From Candidatus Woesearchaeota archaeon (GTDB lineage: Archaea; Nanobdellota; Nanobdellia; Pacearchaeales; GW2011-AR1), in assembly GCA_964481185.1 (NCBI GenBank), contig CAYZSY010000002.1, positions 1-46,904 of the forward strand: DNA of 46,904 bases. Reading direction: 5' to 3'. A model generated the notes under the pieces. The model saw only the letters and a program-made list of their open reading frames with translations, did no database searches and was not told where the DNA came from. Positions within the stretch are counted from its first letter, which is position 1. Every line of letters begins with the position of its first letter. Shown here piece by piece: positions 1-7,452 of the stretch. The position numbers were made by a program, and so were the translations under genes.

Positions 1-2
1 AA

Positions 3-75
3 TGCCCCTGCCGGGATTTGAACCCGGGTTTAGGCCGCGAAAGGGCCTCGTCCTTGACCACTAGACTACGGGGGC
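3..75 (-). tRNA. tRNA-Glu (anticodon UUC)
   Basis: Reverse complement folds as a 73-nt cloverleaf: acceptor GCCCCCG/CAGGGGC (one C-A mismatch), D arm GTCT-AGTGGTCAA-GGAC, anticodon arm AGGCC-CTTTCGC-GGCCT, T arm CCGGG-TTCAAAT-CCCGG, discriminator A. CCA is not encoded. Confidence 0.85.
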
Positions 76-142
76 TTATCTGTTATACTAGCTAAACTTG
101 GACGTTTTAAAAACCTTAGTTTTATCTATCGATAGGTAGTTA

Positions 143-1129
143 GTGGCAAAGGGGAAAGAAATAAAAACTAGTAATTCCTTAACTAAAGCAATGGAATTTA
201 ACGACCTTATCTTTAAGGAGTTAATCAAGAGAGGTTACTCTCTCGAAGGAAGAACCAGAGTTTGGGATATTGCAGATTCTAAATTGTGGTATCTAACTCC
301 AGAGCAGGCACAGGGTTTCTTAGATCTGGAATCAGATAAAAATTATCAAATAAATATAATACAAAAAGAAGTTGATTTAATTAATGCAAATATGGAATCT
401 ATAATTAAAAAACTTGGGAAAAATCCACTAAATATGATAGATATAGGTTGTGGCGACGGTAAAAAAGCGGTAATCTTTATTAAAAATTTAAAGGGAAGAT
501 TGTCTTTAAGATACTGCCCGGTTGATATAAGCGACTATATGGTTGAGAAAGCTCTTGAGAATATTAGGGGAATTAATGTGAGTGAGATTGTTGAATCTCA
601 ATACAATATATCTGATTTTGATAATCTTGGGAATATAGTCAATCTTTTGAGCAAAGGCAAATATAAAAACAACTTATTTTTGCTTTTAGGCAACACTCTC
701 GGCAATTTTGAGATAAATGAATTGATGTACGAAATTAGAAGCAGTATGAAACCTGGAGATTATCTTCTGATAGGGAACGGTCTTGATAACAGAAATGTAG
801 ATGAGATAGTTAAATCATATAATAATGAGAATATGCATAAATTTCTTATAAGAACACTAACTCAAATAGGATTTGATCCATTGGAATTGGAATTTGGCGT
901 GAGGTTTGCTAATTCGAGAGTAGAAATGTATTATACTATCAAGAAAAACAAAGTTATCTATTTTCAAGGCAAGAGCATTCGTTTTAATAAAGGAGACCAG
1001 ATAGTTGTAGCTGTATCTTATAAATATGAAAGTGATGAGTTTAGGAGTTTTATGCAAATATATTTTGATGATGTAAATTTTTATATTTCAGATGATGACG
1101 CTTATGCGTTGGTGCTTTGCAGAAAGTAA
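143..1129 (+). CDS. SAM-dependent methyltransferase with EgtD-like (Methyltransf_33-type) block order
   Basis: 328-aa ORF (GTG at 143; first ATG at 191). SAM-binding IDIGCGDGKK, then YCPVDIS, LLGNTLGNF, KPGDYLLIGNGL, RVEMYY, VAVSYKY, in the order I recall for histidine N-alpha-methyltransferase EgtD. The N-terminal substrate block is not conserved. Confidence 0.6.
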   Translation: MAKGKEIKTSNSLTKAMEFNDLIFKELIKRGYSLEGRTRVWDIADSKLWYLTPEQAQGFLDLESDKNYQINIIQKEVDLINANMESIIKKLGKNPLNMIDIGCGDGKKAVIFIKNLKGRLSLRYCPVDISDYMVEKALENIRGINVSEIVESQYNISDFDNLGNIVNLLSKGKYKNNLFLLLGNTLGNFEINELMYEIRSSMKPGDYLLIGNGLDNRNVDEIVKSYNNENMHKFLIRTLTQIGFDPLELEFGVRFANSRVEMYYTIKKNKVIYFQGKSIRFNKGDQIVVAVSYKYESDEFRSFMQIYFDDVNFYISDDDAYALVLCRK

Positions 1130-1169
1130 TTTTTTAGGCATCTAATTCTTTATAGATATTGAATGAAAA

Positions 1170-1302
1170 TGATCCCACTGGGATTTGAACCCAGGACCCC
1201 CGCCTTTCCTAAATCTCCTTTGACCAGAAAGGAGGGAAAATATGGCTCTAATGAGCCATACTCTTATAAGAGCGGTGCTCTAACCAACTGAGCTATGGGA
1301 TC
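1170..1302 (-). tRNA. tRNA-Ile (anticodon UAU) with 59-nt intron at 37/38
   Basis: Reverse complement: acceptor GATCCCA/TGGGATC, D arm GCTC-AGTTGGTTA-GAGC, anticodon stem CCGCT/GGCGG, loop CTTATA..A, T arm CTGGG-TTCAAAT-CCCAG. Loop nt CTTA pair with TAGG at the intron 3' end, leaving a 3-nt AAA bulge (BHB-like). The intron has hairpins ATGGCTC-ATTA-GAGCCAT and CTCCTTT-CTGGTC-AAAGGAG. Confidence 0.8.
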
Positions 1303-1353
1303 AATAAACTGCAGTTTGAGAATATATTTAAATCTTGGTTATCGTTTATTTTT

Positions 1354-1905
1354 ATGATAATCGGCATAACAGGACCAATGGCATCCGGGAAGAGCGTTCT
1401 TGTTGAGATGCTTGTAGAGAGAGGGTTTTCTTATTTTCAACTATCTGAAGAAGTAAGAGAAGAGGCAAAAAAGCTCGGAATAGCCATAGAAAGAAAGGCA
1501 CTGCAGGATCTTGGTAATGCAATGAGAGAAAAATACGGGAATGGATATTGGGCTGAAAGGGTTGCTGCTAAGATGGTTTCCGGAAAGAATAGCGTTATTG
1601 ACGGGATAAGGAACCCTGGTGAGATAGAGGTTTTTAAAAAATTTAGCAATTTTATTCTTGTTGGAATAGATGCGCCTATTGAGAAAAGGTTTAAGTGGAT
1701 AATTGCAAGGAATAAAGACAGCGATCCCAAGAGTCTTGATGAAGTAAAAGCAGTTGATGCTCGTGATAGGGGTGTTGGAGAGTCTGATTCTGGACAACAG
1801 TCAACAAAGTGCTATGAAATGGCTGATGTTTATATTCAGAATGACGGCACATTTGAGGAATTATCCAAGAAAATAGGCGACCTTCTGGAGACATTAAAAT
1901 GTTAG
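1354..1905 (+). CDS. P-loop nucleotide kinase (CoaE/UPF0200-like)
   Basis: 183 aa. N-terminal Walker A GITGPMASGKS, small single-domain size, DGIRNPGEIEVF block typical of small archaeal nucleotide kinases. TATA-like ATTTAAAT lies about 25 nt upstream. Confidence 0.6.
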   Translation: MIIGITGPMASGKSVLVEMLVERGFSYFQLSEEVREEAKKLGIAIERKALQDLGNAMREKYGNGYWAERVAAKMVSGKNSVIDGIRNPGEIEVFKKFSNFILVGIDAPIEKRFKWIIARNKDSDPKSLDEVKAVDARDRGVGESDSGQQSTKCYEMADVYIQNDGTFEELSKKIGDLLETLKC

Positions 1906-3074
1906 TTGGGCTTGTTGGGCGCCCAAACTCTGGGAAAAGCACTTTCTTCAAGGCTGCAACATTGATGGATGTTTTAATAGCAAATTATCCTTTTGCAACA
2001 ATAAAGCCAAATCACGGAATGGCTTATGTAAAAATAAGAGATTTGGCTGCTGATTTTGGTAAAGTCTCCAATCCAAGAGAAGGTTATGTTAAAAAAGGTC
2101 TGAGGTTTGTTCCGTTTGAATTGATGGACGTTGCTGGGCTTGTTGAAGGAGCAAGCAATGGAAAAGGGCTGGGAAATGAATTTTTAAACGATTTATCAAC
2201 TGCGGATGCTTTTATTCATATTGTTGATATGTCTGGAGAGACAGATGGGGAGGGAAAACCGACAAAAGACTATTATCCTGGAAAAGACATCCATATAATT
2301 GAAAAAGAACTTGATTTATGGTATCTTAATATTTTGAAAAAGGTTTGGGGAAGTTTTGCGAGAACTGTTGAGATGCAGAAGAAAAATTTTGCTGAAGCTG
2401 TTGCAAAGCAATTTTCAGGGCTGAAAGTTGATGTTGATGACGTAAAATCTGTAGTTTTGAAATCCGGGCTGAATCCTGAGAAGCCAGCTTCATGGACAGA
2501 AGAGAACCTTGCAAATTTTGCCAGAATGCTGAGAAAAAAGACAAAAGCGATGATAATTGCTGCAAATAAGATGGATAGACCAGACAGCGCAGAGAATTTT
2601 AAGAAAATTAAAGAAGAATTTGATTATCCAATTGTGCCTTGCTTTGCTGACGGAGAATTAAGCTTGAGGCAGGCAGACAAAGCCGGTTTGATTGATTATA
2701 TTCCAGGAGAGAAAACTTTTGAGATTAAAAAAGAGTTAAATGAGAAGCAAAAATCTGCCTTGGAAGAGATTAAGAAAATAATTGAAAAATATGGCTCAAC
2801 AGGAGTTCAGGAGATTATAAACCAAGTTGTCTTTTATATAATGAGATATGTTGCAGTTTTTCCTGCTGGAGCAAAAATGACAGACAGCAAGGGAAATGTT
2901 CTTCCTGACTGTTTTTTGATGAGAGAAGGCTCAACTGCCCTTGATTTTGCATTTCGCCTTCATACAGACATAGGAAAGAACTTTGTAAAGGCAATAAACC
3001 TAAAGACAAAACAGGCAGTTGGAAAGGATTATCTCTTGAAACATTTAGATGGAATAGAGATTATTACACGATAG
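1899..3074 (+). CDS. Obg-family GTPase (YchF/Ygr210-like) with C-terminal TGS domain
   Basis: 391 aa. G1 GRPNSGKST, G3 DVAGLV, G4 NKMD. C-terminal TGS-like block STALDFAFRLHTDIGKNFVKA. Overlaps the upstream kinase gene by 7 nt (operon). Confidence 0.8.
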   Translation: MLVGLVGRPNSGKSTFFKAATLMDVLIANYPFATIKPNHGMAYVKIRDLAADFGKVSNPREGYVKKGLRFVPFELMDVAGLVEGASNGKGLGNEFLNDLSTADAFIHIVDMSGETDGEGKPTKDYYPGKDIHIIEKELDLWYLNILKKVWGSFARTVEMQKKNFAEAVAKQFSGLKVDVDDVKSVVLKSGLNPEKPASWTEENLANFARMLRKKTKAMIIAANKMDRPDSAENFKKIKEEFDYPIVPCFADGELSLRQADKAGLIDYIPGEKTFEIKKELNEKQKSALEEIKKIIEKYGSTGVQEIINQVVFYIMRYVAVFPAGAKMTDSKGNVLPDCFLMREGSTALDFAFRLHTDIGKNFVKAINLKTKQAVGKDYLLKHLDGIEIITR

Positions 3075-3082
3075 AATATTGT

Positions 3083-3835
3083 TTATTGATTTTGGGGCTC
3101 TTGCTGTTTCATTCCTATTTTATTTATATTTTCGATGAGTTTATTTTGTGAATCCTTGCCAATTTTCATTCTAGTTATAATTACAAGCCCCTTTTCAGTA
3201 TGCAAAGACCCATTATCTGAGGTTTCATCGCAATAATGGTCTGAAGTGTAATCGTAAGGGTTTAGCCTTGCATTAATCCATCCTATCTTATATTGGTCTT
3301 CATTAAGATTTGTTAGCACGTTCTTAGCAAGCATTATATCTTTTCTCCCTCTTATACAGTCCACCCAAATACTACAAAATCGGAAATTATCATTGACTAT
3401 ATTTAATGGGTTGCTATCTAAGAAATGAGCAAGATCTTCTTCTGAGTATTCATCAGTATGGCGGCGATCGTAATATGGGAATTTATGTTCTATATTTGGG
3501 GATTTAGATGTTCCGTCTAATTTCAAGGAAGTAAATGGAAAGACTTTTAATTTTTTTGAGTATTGAGTTATTTCTTTTGTCAGCTTTCTTAATTCTTTAA
3601 TCTCTTCGTCCCTTTGCTGCACATCTCTACTATCAGTTGGATCGAAATGCCTTTGGGTTTGAGATTTTGTTAAAACTTTTTCGTATAATTTACTGAAGTC
3701 TTCTGGTACCACAGCATGTGCTCCTGCACTTAACTCTATGGAATAATTTGAGAGTATCTCTGTAAGTTGTTTTAATTGTGTTTGATTATCATACCTGAAT
3801 GTTAGTTCGTCTTCAACTGCCATAGTAATGTACAT
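3083..3835 (-). CDS. hypothetical protein
   Basis: 250-aa ORF with no competing ORF. No motif recognised. Confidence 0.5.
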   Translation of the reverse strand: MYITMAVEDELTFRYDNQTQLKQLTEILSNYSIELSAGAHAVVPEDFSKLYEKVLTKSQTQRHFDPTDSRDVQQRDEEIKELRKLTKEITQYSKKLKVFPFTSLKLDGTSKSPNIEHKFPYYDRRHTDEYSEEDLAHFLDSNPLNIVNDNFRFCSIWVDCIRGRKDIMLAKNVLTNLNEDQYKIGWINARLNPYDYTSDHYCDETSDNGSLHTEKGLVIITRMKIGKDSQNKLIENINKIGMKQQEPQNQ

Positions 3836-3873
3836 TATGAATAGTATTTAAATAAATGTTTGATTAATTATAT

Positions 3874-4098
3874 ATGATAATAAAAGTCAAAGTAAAGCCA
3901 AACTCTAAAGAGGAGAAAATTGAGAAGATTTCTGAAAATGAGTATAAAATAGAAGTCAAAGAACCTGCTGAAGACAACAAGGCAAATATTTGCGTTACAA
4001 ACTTGCTTTCAAAAGCATTGGATGTATCATACAAAGATATTAAAATCAAGAATCCAACTTCAAGAGAGAAGATAATTGAGGTTAAAACTGAAAAATAA
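3874..4098 (+). CDS. DUF167/YggU-family small protein
   Basis: 74 aa. Pattern VKVKPNSK..I..., EDNKAN...LLSKAL.V...DI.I..G.TSREKII matches the YggU/UPF0235 consensus as I recall it. TATA ATTTAAAT lies 25 nt upstream. Confidence 0.65.
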   Translation: MIIKVKVKPNSKEEKIEKISENEYKIEVKEPAEDNKANICVTNLLSKALDVSYKDIKIKNPTSREKIIEVKTEK

Positions 4099-4099
4099 A

Positions 4100-4321
4100 A
4101 TGGGGCTCAAAATACTTGTCAAAGTTGTTTTTAACTCTTCTAAAGAGAGCTGGGAAAGTTTTGGAAACAACAGATATCTCTTGAAGTTGCAATATCCTGA
4201 AGATTCTGGAGCTAAGGCTGTAATTAGTGCTTTCATCTCGAGACAGATTGGAGTTCCGGCGAGCAAGATTAGCTATCTTGGACATGATCCAAGAAAGAAT
4301 TGGCTGTTTGAGATTTTATAA
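4100..4321 (+). CDS. divergent DUF167-like paralog
   Basis: ATG at 4100 directly follows the TAA of the previous gene (the ORF track starts at 4076 inside that gene). ILVKVVFNSSKES...GAKAVISAFISRQIGVPASKISYLG mirrors the layout of the upstream DUF167 protein. Confidence 0.45.
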   Translation: MGLKILVKVVFNSSKESWESFGNNRYLLKLQYPEDSGAKAVISAFISRQIGVPASKISYLGHDPRKNWLFEIL

Positions 4322-4326
4322 TCAAA

Positions 4327-4737
4327 ATGAGGTATGAAGAAGCTTTAGACTTGAAAGAGAGGATGATTGACATTGTCAAGACTCTTGAAATGAACCATAT
4401 AGACTTGAATAGAATTGAATGCCTTAGAAGTTTTGGCTCTTCAACAAGAAGGACTATCGCAAGATGCCATGCACTTGGTAAGGTCATGCAAAAGGCAATG
4501 AGAACAAGGGCTTTTTATACAATTGAATTTCTTGAGAGGTTTGATAAAATGAAAAAAGAGGAGCAGGACAAAGTAATAATTCACGAGCTCTTGCACGTGC
4601 CAAGAACATTTGGGGGTGGCTTTAGACAGCACGATTTTGTCTGCGAGAAAAACATAGAGATACTTTATGATAAATTCATGGAGGCAAAGGACGAAATAAA
4701 GAGTGATGGAAAAAATAAAAATTGGTTTTGGAAATAA
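4327..4737 (+). CDS. predicted Zn metallopeptidase (HExxH)
   Basis: 136 aa with IIHELLHVPRTFGGGF. Size and motif resemble the small archaeal predicted-metallopeptidase family (COG4900-like, from memory). Confidence 0.55.
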   Translation: MRYEEALDLKERMIDIVKTLEMNHIDLNRIECLRSFGSSTRRTIARCHALGKVMQKAMRTRAFYTIEFLERFDKMKKEEQDKVIIHELLHVPRTFGGGFRQHDFVCEKNIEILYDKFMEAKDEIKSDGKNKNWFWK

Positions 4738-5035
4738 GAAGATTCTTGTTAATACAAGAAAGCTCTCTTATTTTGATTATTTTAGGGGGTTAATGTTCAA
4801 GACAAAGAACAGCGAGAATCTTCTCTTTGATTTTGGCGGAAGATGGGGAATTCATTCTTTCTTTGTTTTCTTTTCTTTTCTTGCGTTATGGCTTGATGAG
4901 AAGAACAAGGTTGTTGAATGGAAAGTTGTAAAGCCCTTTTCTTCTTTTGTAAGACCAAAGAAAAAATTTGCGAAATTGATTGAAATTCCACTAAATGACA
5001 AGAATAGAGAAGTATTAGCTGTTTTTCGACGATAA
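4703..5035 (+). CDS. DUF192-family protein
   Basis: 110 aa. RGLMFK....LLFDF.....IHSFFV.F.L..LWLDEKNKVV matches the DUF192/COG1430 pattern as I recall it. Overlaps the upstream gene end. Confidence 0.55.
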   Translation: MMEKIKIGFGNKKILVNTRKLSYFDYFRGLMFKTKNSENLLFDFGGRWGIHSFFVFFSFLALWLDEKNKVVEWKVVKPFSSFVRPKKKFAKLIEIPLNDKNREVLAVFRR

Positions 5036-5104
5036 AGAGAAAGGTTTAAATATGCCGACGACTAAATTTAATTGTTAGATATTATAATTAAAAGGAGGTA
5101 AAAA

Positions 5105-5224
5105 ATGGGAACAGTTTTGGTTAGAAATGTGGTGAAGCGCAAACCTGGCTATTTATATTATGTTGACGGAAAGGGAAACGTATGCGAGGCTAAAATGGCT
5201 AGAGGCGGAAGAAAGAAGAAGTAA
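5105..5224 (+). CDS. small basic protein (39 aa), unknown function
   Basis: Not in the ORF track (under 60 aa). Translated by hand: MGTVLVRNVVKRKPGYLYYVDGKGNVCEAKMARGGRKKK. Strong SD AAAGGAGGT lies 6 nt upstream and TATA TTTAAATA at 5045-5052. Confidence 0.5.
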   Translation: MGTVLVRNVVKRKPGYLYYVDGKGNVCEAKMARGGRKKK

Positions 5225-5281
5225 ATCTTCTTTTCTTGCATAATTTTCCTTTATTTTTATTATTTTTATGTTAATCAGGTT

Positions 5282-5509
5282 TTATTCTTTTCTTTTAAGA
5301 TATTCTGTATACGAGGCATAACCCCTTTCTGCCGTTCTCTCTTTTAAATAATCTGTCCTAGAGGAATAGCCTGCTCTTTTGGCCTGCAGATATGCATAAC
5401 AAGTTCTCCAGCTTCTTTTTATTTCTTTAGAAATCTCTTTTGCCCTTTCCTTTATCTCTTTTGACTCATCGTCCAATGCTCTTATCGTTTCTTCAAGTTC
5501 TGAGGTCAT
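5282..5509 (-). CDS. hypothetical protein with duplicated GY.S.T(D/E)YLK motif
   Basis: 75 aa. C-terminus has RAGYSSRTDYLKER and ERGYASYTEYLKRK repeats. N-terminus MTSELEE resembles that of the upstream gene. Confidence 0.45.
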   Translation of the reverse strand: MTSELEETIRALDDESKEIKERAKEISKEIKRSWRTCYAYLQAKRAGYSSRTDYLKERTAERGYASYTEYLKRKE

Positions 5510-5515
5510 TTGTTG

Positions 5516-5992
5516 TTAATCTTGGTGCATCTGCTCAAAATATTGCTTGAGCCTGCTGCAGATCTTGCTTTTTATTATTTGAGCTCTTTCATAAATACAT
5601 TGTCTGCTGACTTCATTTTTTTCTATTATTTCTGAGAATGTCAATCCATCGCCTAGTTCTGAGAGCAACTTTCTTTGAAGTTGAGTTAGTTTTGTGTCAG
5701 GACTTTCTATAATCTGCCTTACTTTTTTACATAATTCCTCTCTTTCAGCTATACTCTCTGGCGTAACGGACTCGTAATTTGTTTGGTACTCCCTTAACCT
5801 TTTTAATCTCTTTTTGCCAACGTATATTCTGTGCTGTTGGGCGTTTGACGTGTCTTTAGTATATTGAAATATATAACTACCTACAGTTCTTTTATTTGAT
5901 TTTAGATCTGCAGAGATTCTATCTGCGTTCTCTGTCTGAGATTCAAGCGGATTATATCTTTCTCTTACTGCTTGTTCTAATTTTGATGTCAT
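5516..5992 (-). CDS. HTH protein with sigma-70 region-4/LuxR-like C-terminus
   Basis: 158 aa. C-terminal LTQLQRKLLSELGDGLTFSEIIEKNEVSRQCIYERAQIIKSKI looks like a sigma70_r4/LuxR-type HTH. TATA lies about 28 nt upstream. Confidence 0.45.
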   Translation of the reverse strand: MTSKLEQAVRERYNPLESQTENADRISADLKSNKRTVGSYIFQYTKDTSNAQQHRIYVGKKRLKRLREYQTNYESVTPESIAEREELCKKVRQIIESPDTKLTQLQRKLLSELGDGLTFSEIIEKNEVSRQCIYERAQIIKSKICSRLKQYFEQMHQD

Positions 5993-6016
5993 GTATAGTT
6001 TTATTCTTAGAATGGG

Positions 6017-6024
6017 TTTATAAA
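6017..6024. promoter_or_regulatory. symmetric TATA box (TTTATAAA) shared by divergent genes
   Basis: The palindromic TTTATAAA centre is about 28 nt from the start codon at 5992 (minus) and about 26 nt from ATG 6046 (plus). Confidence 0.5.
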
Positions 6025-6045
6025 GTTATTTGAAGACAATTTTTA

Positions 6046-7014
6046 ATGATATTGGGAATAGAGTGCACGGCGCATACTTTTGGAGTAGGAGTTGTTAATG
6101 AAGGCAAAATTCTTGCAAATGTGAAAGATATGTATATTCCATTGAAGGGAGGAATTATTCCTATGGAAAGCGCGAAGCACCATTGCAAGGTTGCAGATGA
6201 ATTATATTCTAAAGCGTTGTCTGTTGCTGGAATTTTAGAGAGAGAAATTGGTGCTATTGCACTTTCAAATGCACCAGGATTATCTCCTTGCTTGATTGCA
6301 GGAATGCAATTTGCAAAAGAAAAAGCAAAAAAACTTGGAGTTCCAATTGTTCCTGTTAATCATTGCATTGCTCATCTTGAGATTGGGAGGAGCGTTGGAG
6401 CAAAAGATCCGGTTTTGCTTTATGCTTCGGGGGCAAATACCCAGATAATTGCTTTTGCTTCAGGAAAATATAGAATATTTGGGGAAACTCTTGATTTGGG
6501 TGTTGGCAATTTTATTGACAAAGTTGCAAGGCATTTTGGGATGCCTTTTCCAGGAGGACCTAAGATAGAAATTGCTGCGAAAGGAGGAAGACTAATCGAG
6601 CTTCCTTATTCGATAAAAGGAATGGATGTTTCTTTTTCAGGGATGCAGACAAAATTGCAGCAGCTTTTTGATAAGGGGGAAAAAATAGAAAATCTTGCGT
6701 TTTCAATGCAGGAAACTGCTTTTGCAATGCTTGTTGAGGCAGCAGAGAGGGCAATGGCTCATACAGGAAAGAAAGAGCTTGTTCTTGGAGGTGGGGTAGG
6801 TTGCAATTCAAGATTGCAGGAGATGTGCAAAATAATGTGCGAGGAGAGGGGAGCGAGGTTTTTCTGTCCAGAAAGGGCTCTTCTTACTGACAATGCTGCA
6901 ATGATTGCATATACAGGAGAGATAATGTTTAATTCAGGGATTAAAGTAAATGCTAATGAAATTGATATCTCTCCAAGAGAGAGAACAGACGACGTGAATG
7001 TGACTTGGAGATAA
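6046..7014 (+). CDS. kae1: tRNA N6-adenosine threonylcarbamoyltransferase Kae1
   Basis: 322 aa. MILGIECTAHTFGVGVV N-terminus, NHCIAHLE metal-binding block, GGGVGCNSRL and DNAAMIAY blocks typical of Kae1/OSGEP. No fused Bud32 domain. Confidence 0.9.
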   Translation: MILGIECTAHTFGVGVVNEGKILANVKDMYIPLKGGIIPMESAKHHCKVADELYSKALSVAGILEREIGAIALSNAPGLSPCLIAGMQFAKEKAKKLGVPIVPVNHCIAHLEIGRSVGAKDPVLLYASGANTQIIAFASGKYRIFGETLDLGVGNFIDKVARHFGMPFPGGPKIEIAAKGGRLIELPYSIKGMDVSFSGMQTKLQQLFDKGEKIENLAFSMQETAFAMLVEAAERAMAHTGKKELVLGGGVGCNSRLQEMCKIMCEERGARFFCPERALLTDNAAMIAYTGEIMFNSGIKVNANEIDISPRERTDDVNVTWR

Positions 7015-7025
7015 TTGTAGCAAAC

Positions 7026-7033
7026 TTTATAAA
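7026..7033 (+). promoter_or_regulatory. TATA box of the L7Ae-S28e-L24e operon
   Basis: TTTATAAAGCAA also occurs upstream of gyrB (8032-8043). It implies a ~75-80-nt leader before ATG 7137. Confidence 0.5.
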
Positions 7034-7069
7034 GCAATATTTCACACTAATGTTAAGCCTATGAGGCAG

Positions 7070-7112
7070 CAGAGATTGAAATCTCTGTACCATTCAACTC
7101 TCGCGAGTTGAA
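7070..7112 (+). repeat. two-hairpin module in the L7Ae leader (copy A of the module at 17707-17751)
   Basis: CAGAGAT-TGAA-ATCTCTG (7070-7087) and TTCAACTC-TCGC-GAGTTGAA (7093-7112). Near-identical stems recur in the same order and spacing at 17707-17751. Confidence 0.6.
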
Positions 7113-7136
7113 GGCAATTAAATATGCGGAGGTCAC

Positions 7137-7451
7137 ATGGACTTCTATAATATCGTCGAAGCGGCAAGAAAAACAGGAAAGATTGATAAGGGAACGAACG
7201 AAGTTACCAAAGCGATAGAGCTTGGAGTAGCAAAGCTTGTTGTTTGCGCAAAAGACGTTGAACCAAAAGAAATTGTTGCTCATCTTAATATTCTTTGCAA
7301 AGAGAAAAATATTCCTTTTGCTGAAGTTGATTCAAAGCAAAAACTAGGTATTGCTGCCGGAATTGGAGTTAATGCTTCTTCTGTTGCAGTAATAAACGGC
7401 GGCGAAGCGGATTCTGATATTGCTCAATTAAAGAAACAGGCTTCTAAGTAA
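7137..7451 (+). CDS. rpl7ae: 50S ribosomal protein L7Ae
   Basis: 104 aa. [44 protein letters not shown] is the L7Ae/L30e signature. SD GGAGGT upstream. Confidence 0.9.
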   Translation: MDFYNIVEAARKTGKIDKGTNEVTKAIELGVAKLVVCAKDVEPKEIVAHLNILCKEKNIPFAEVDSKQKLGIAAGIGVNASSVAVINGGEADSDIAQLKKQASK

Positions 7452-7452
7452 A

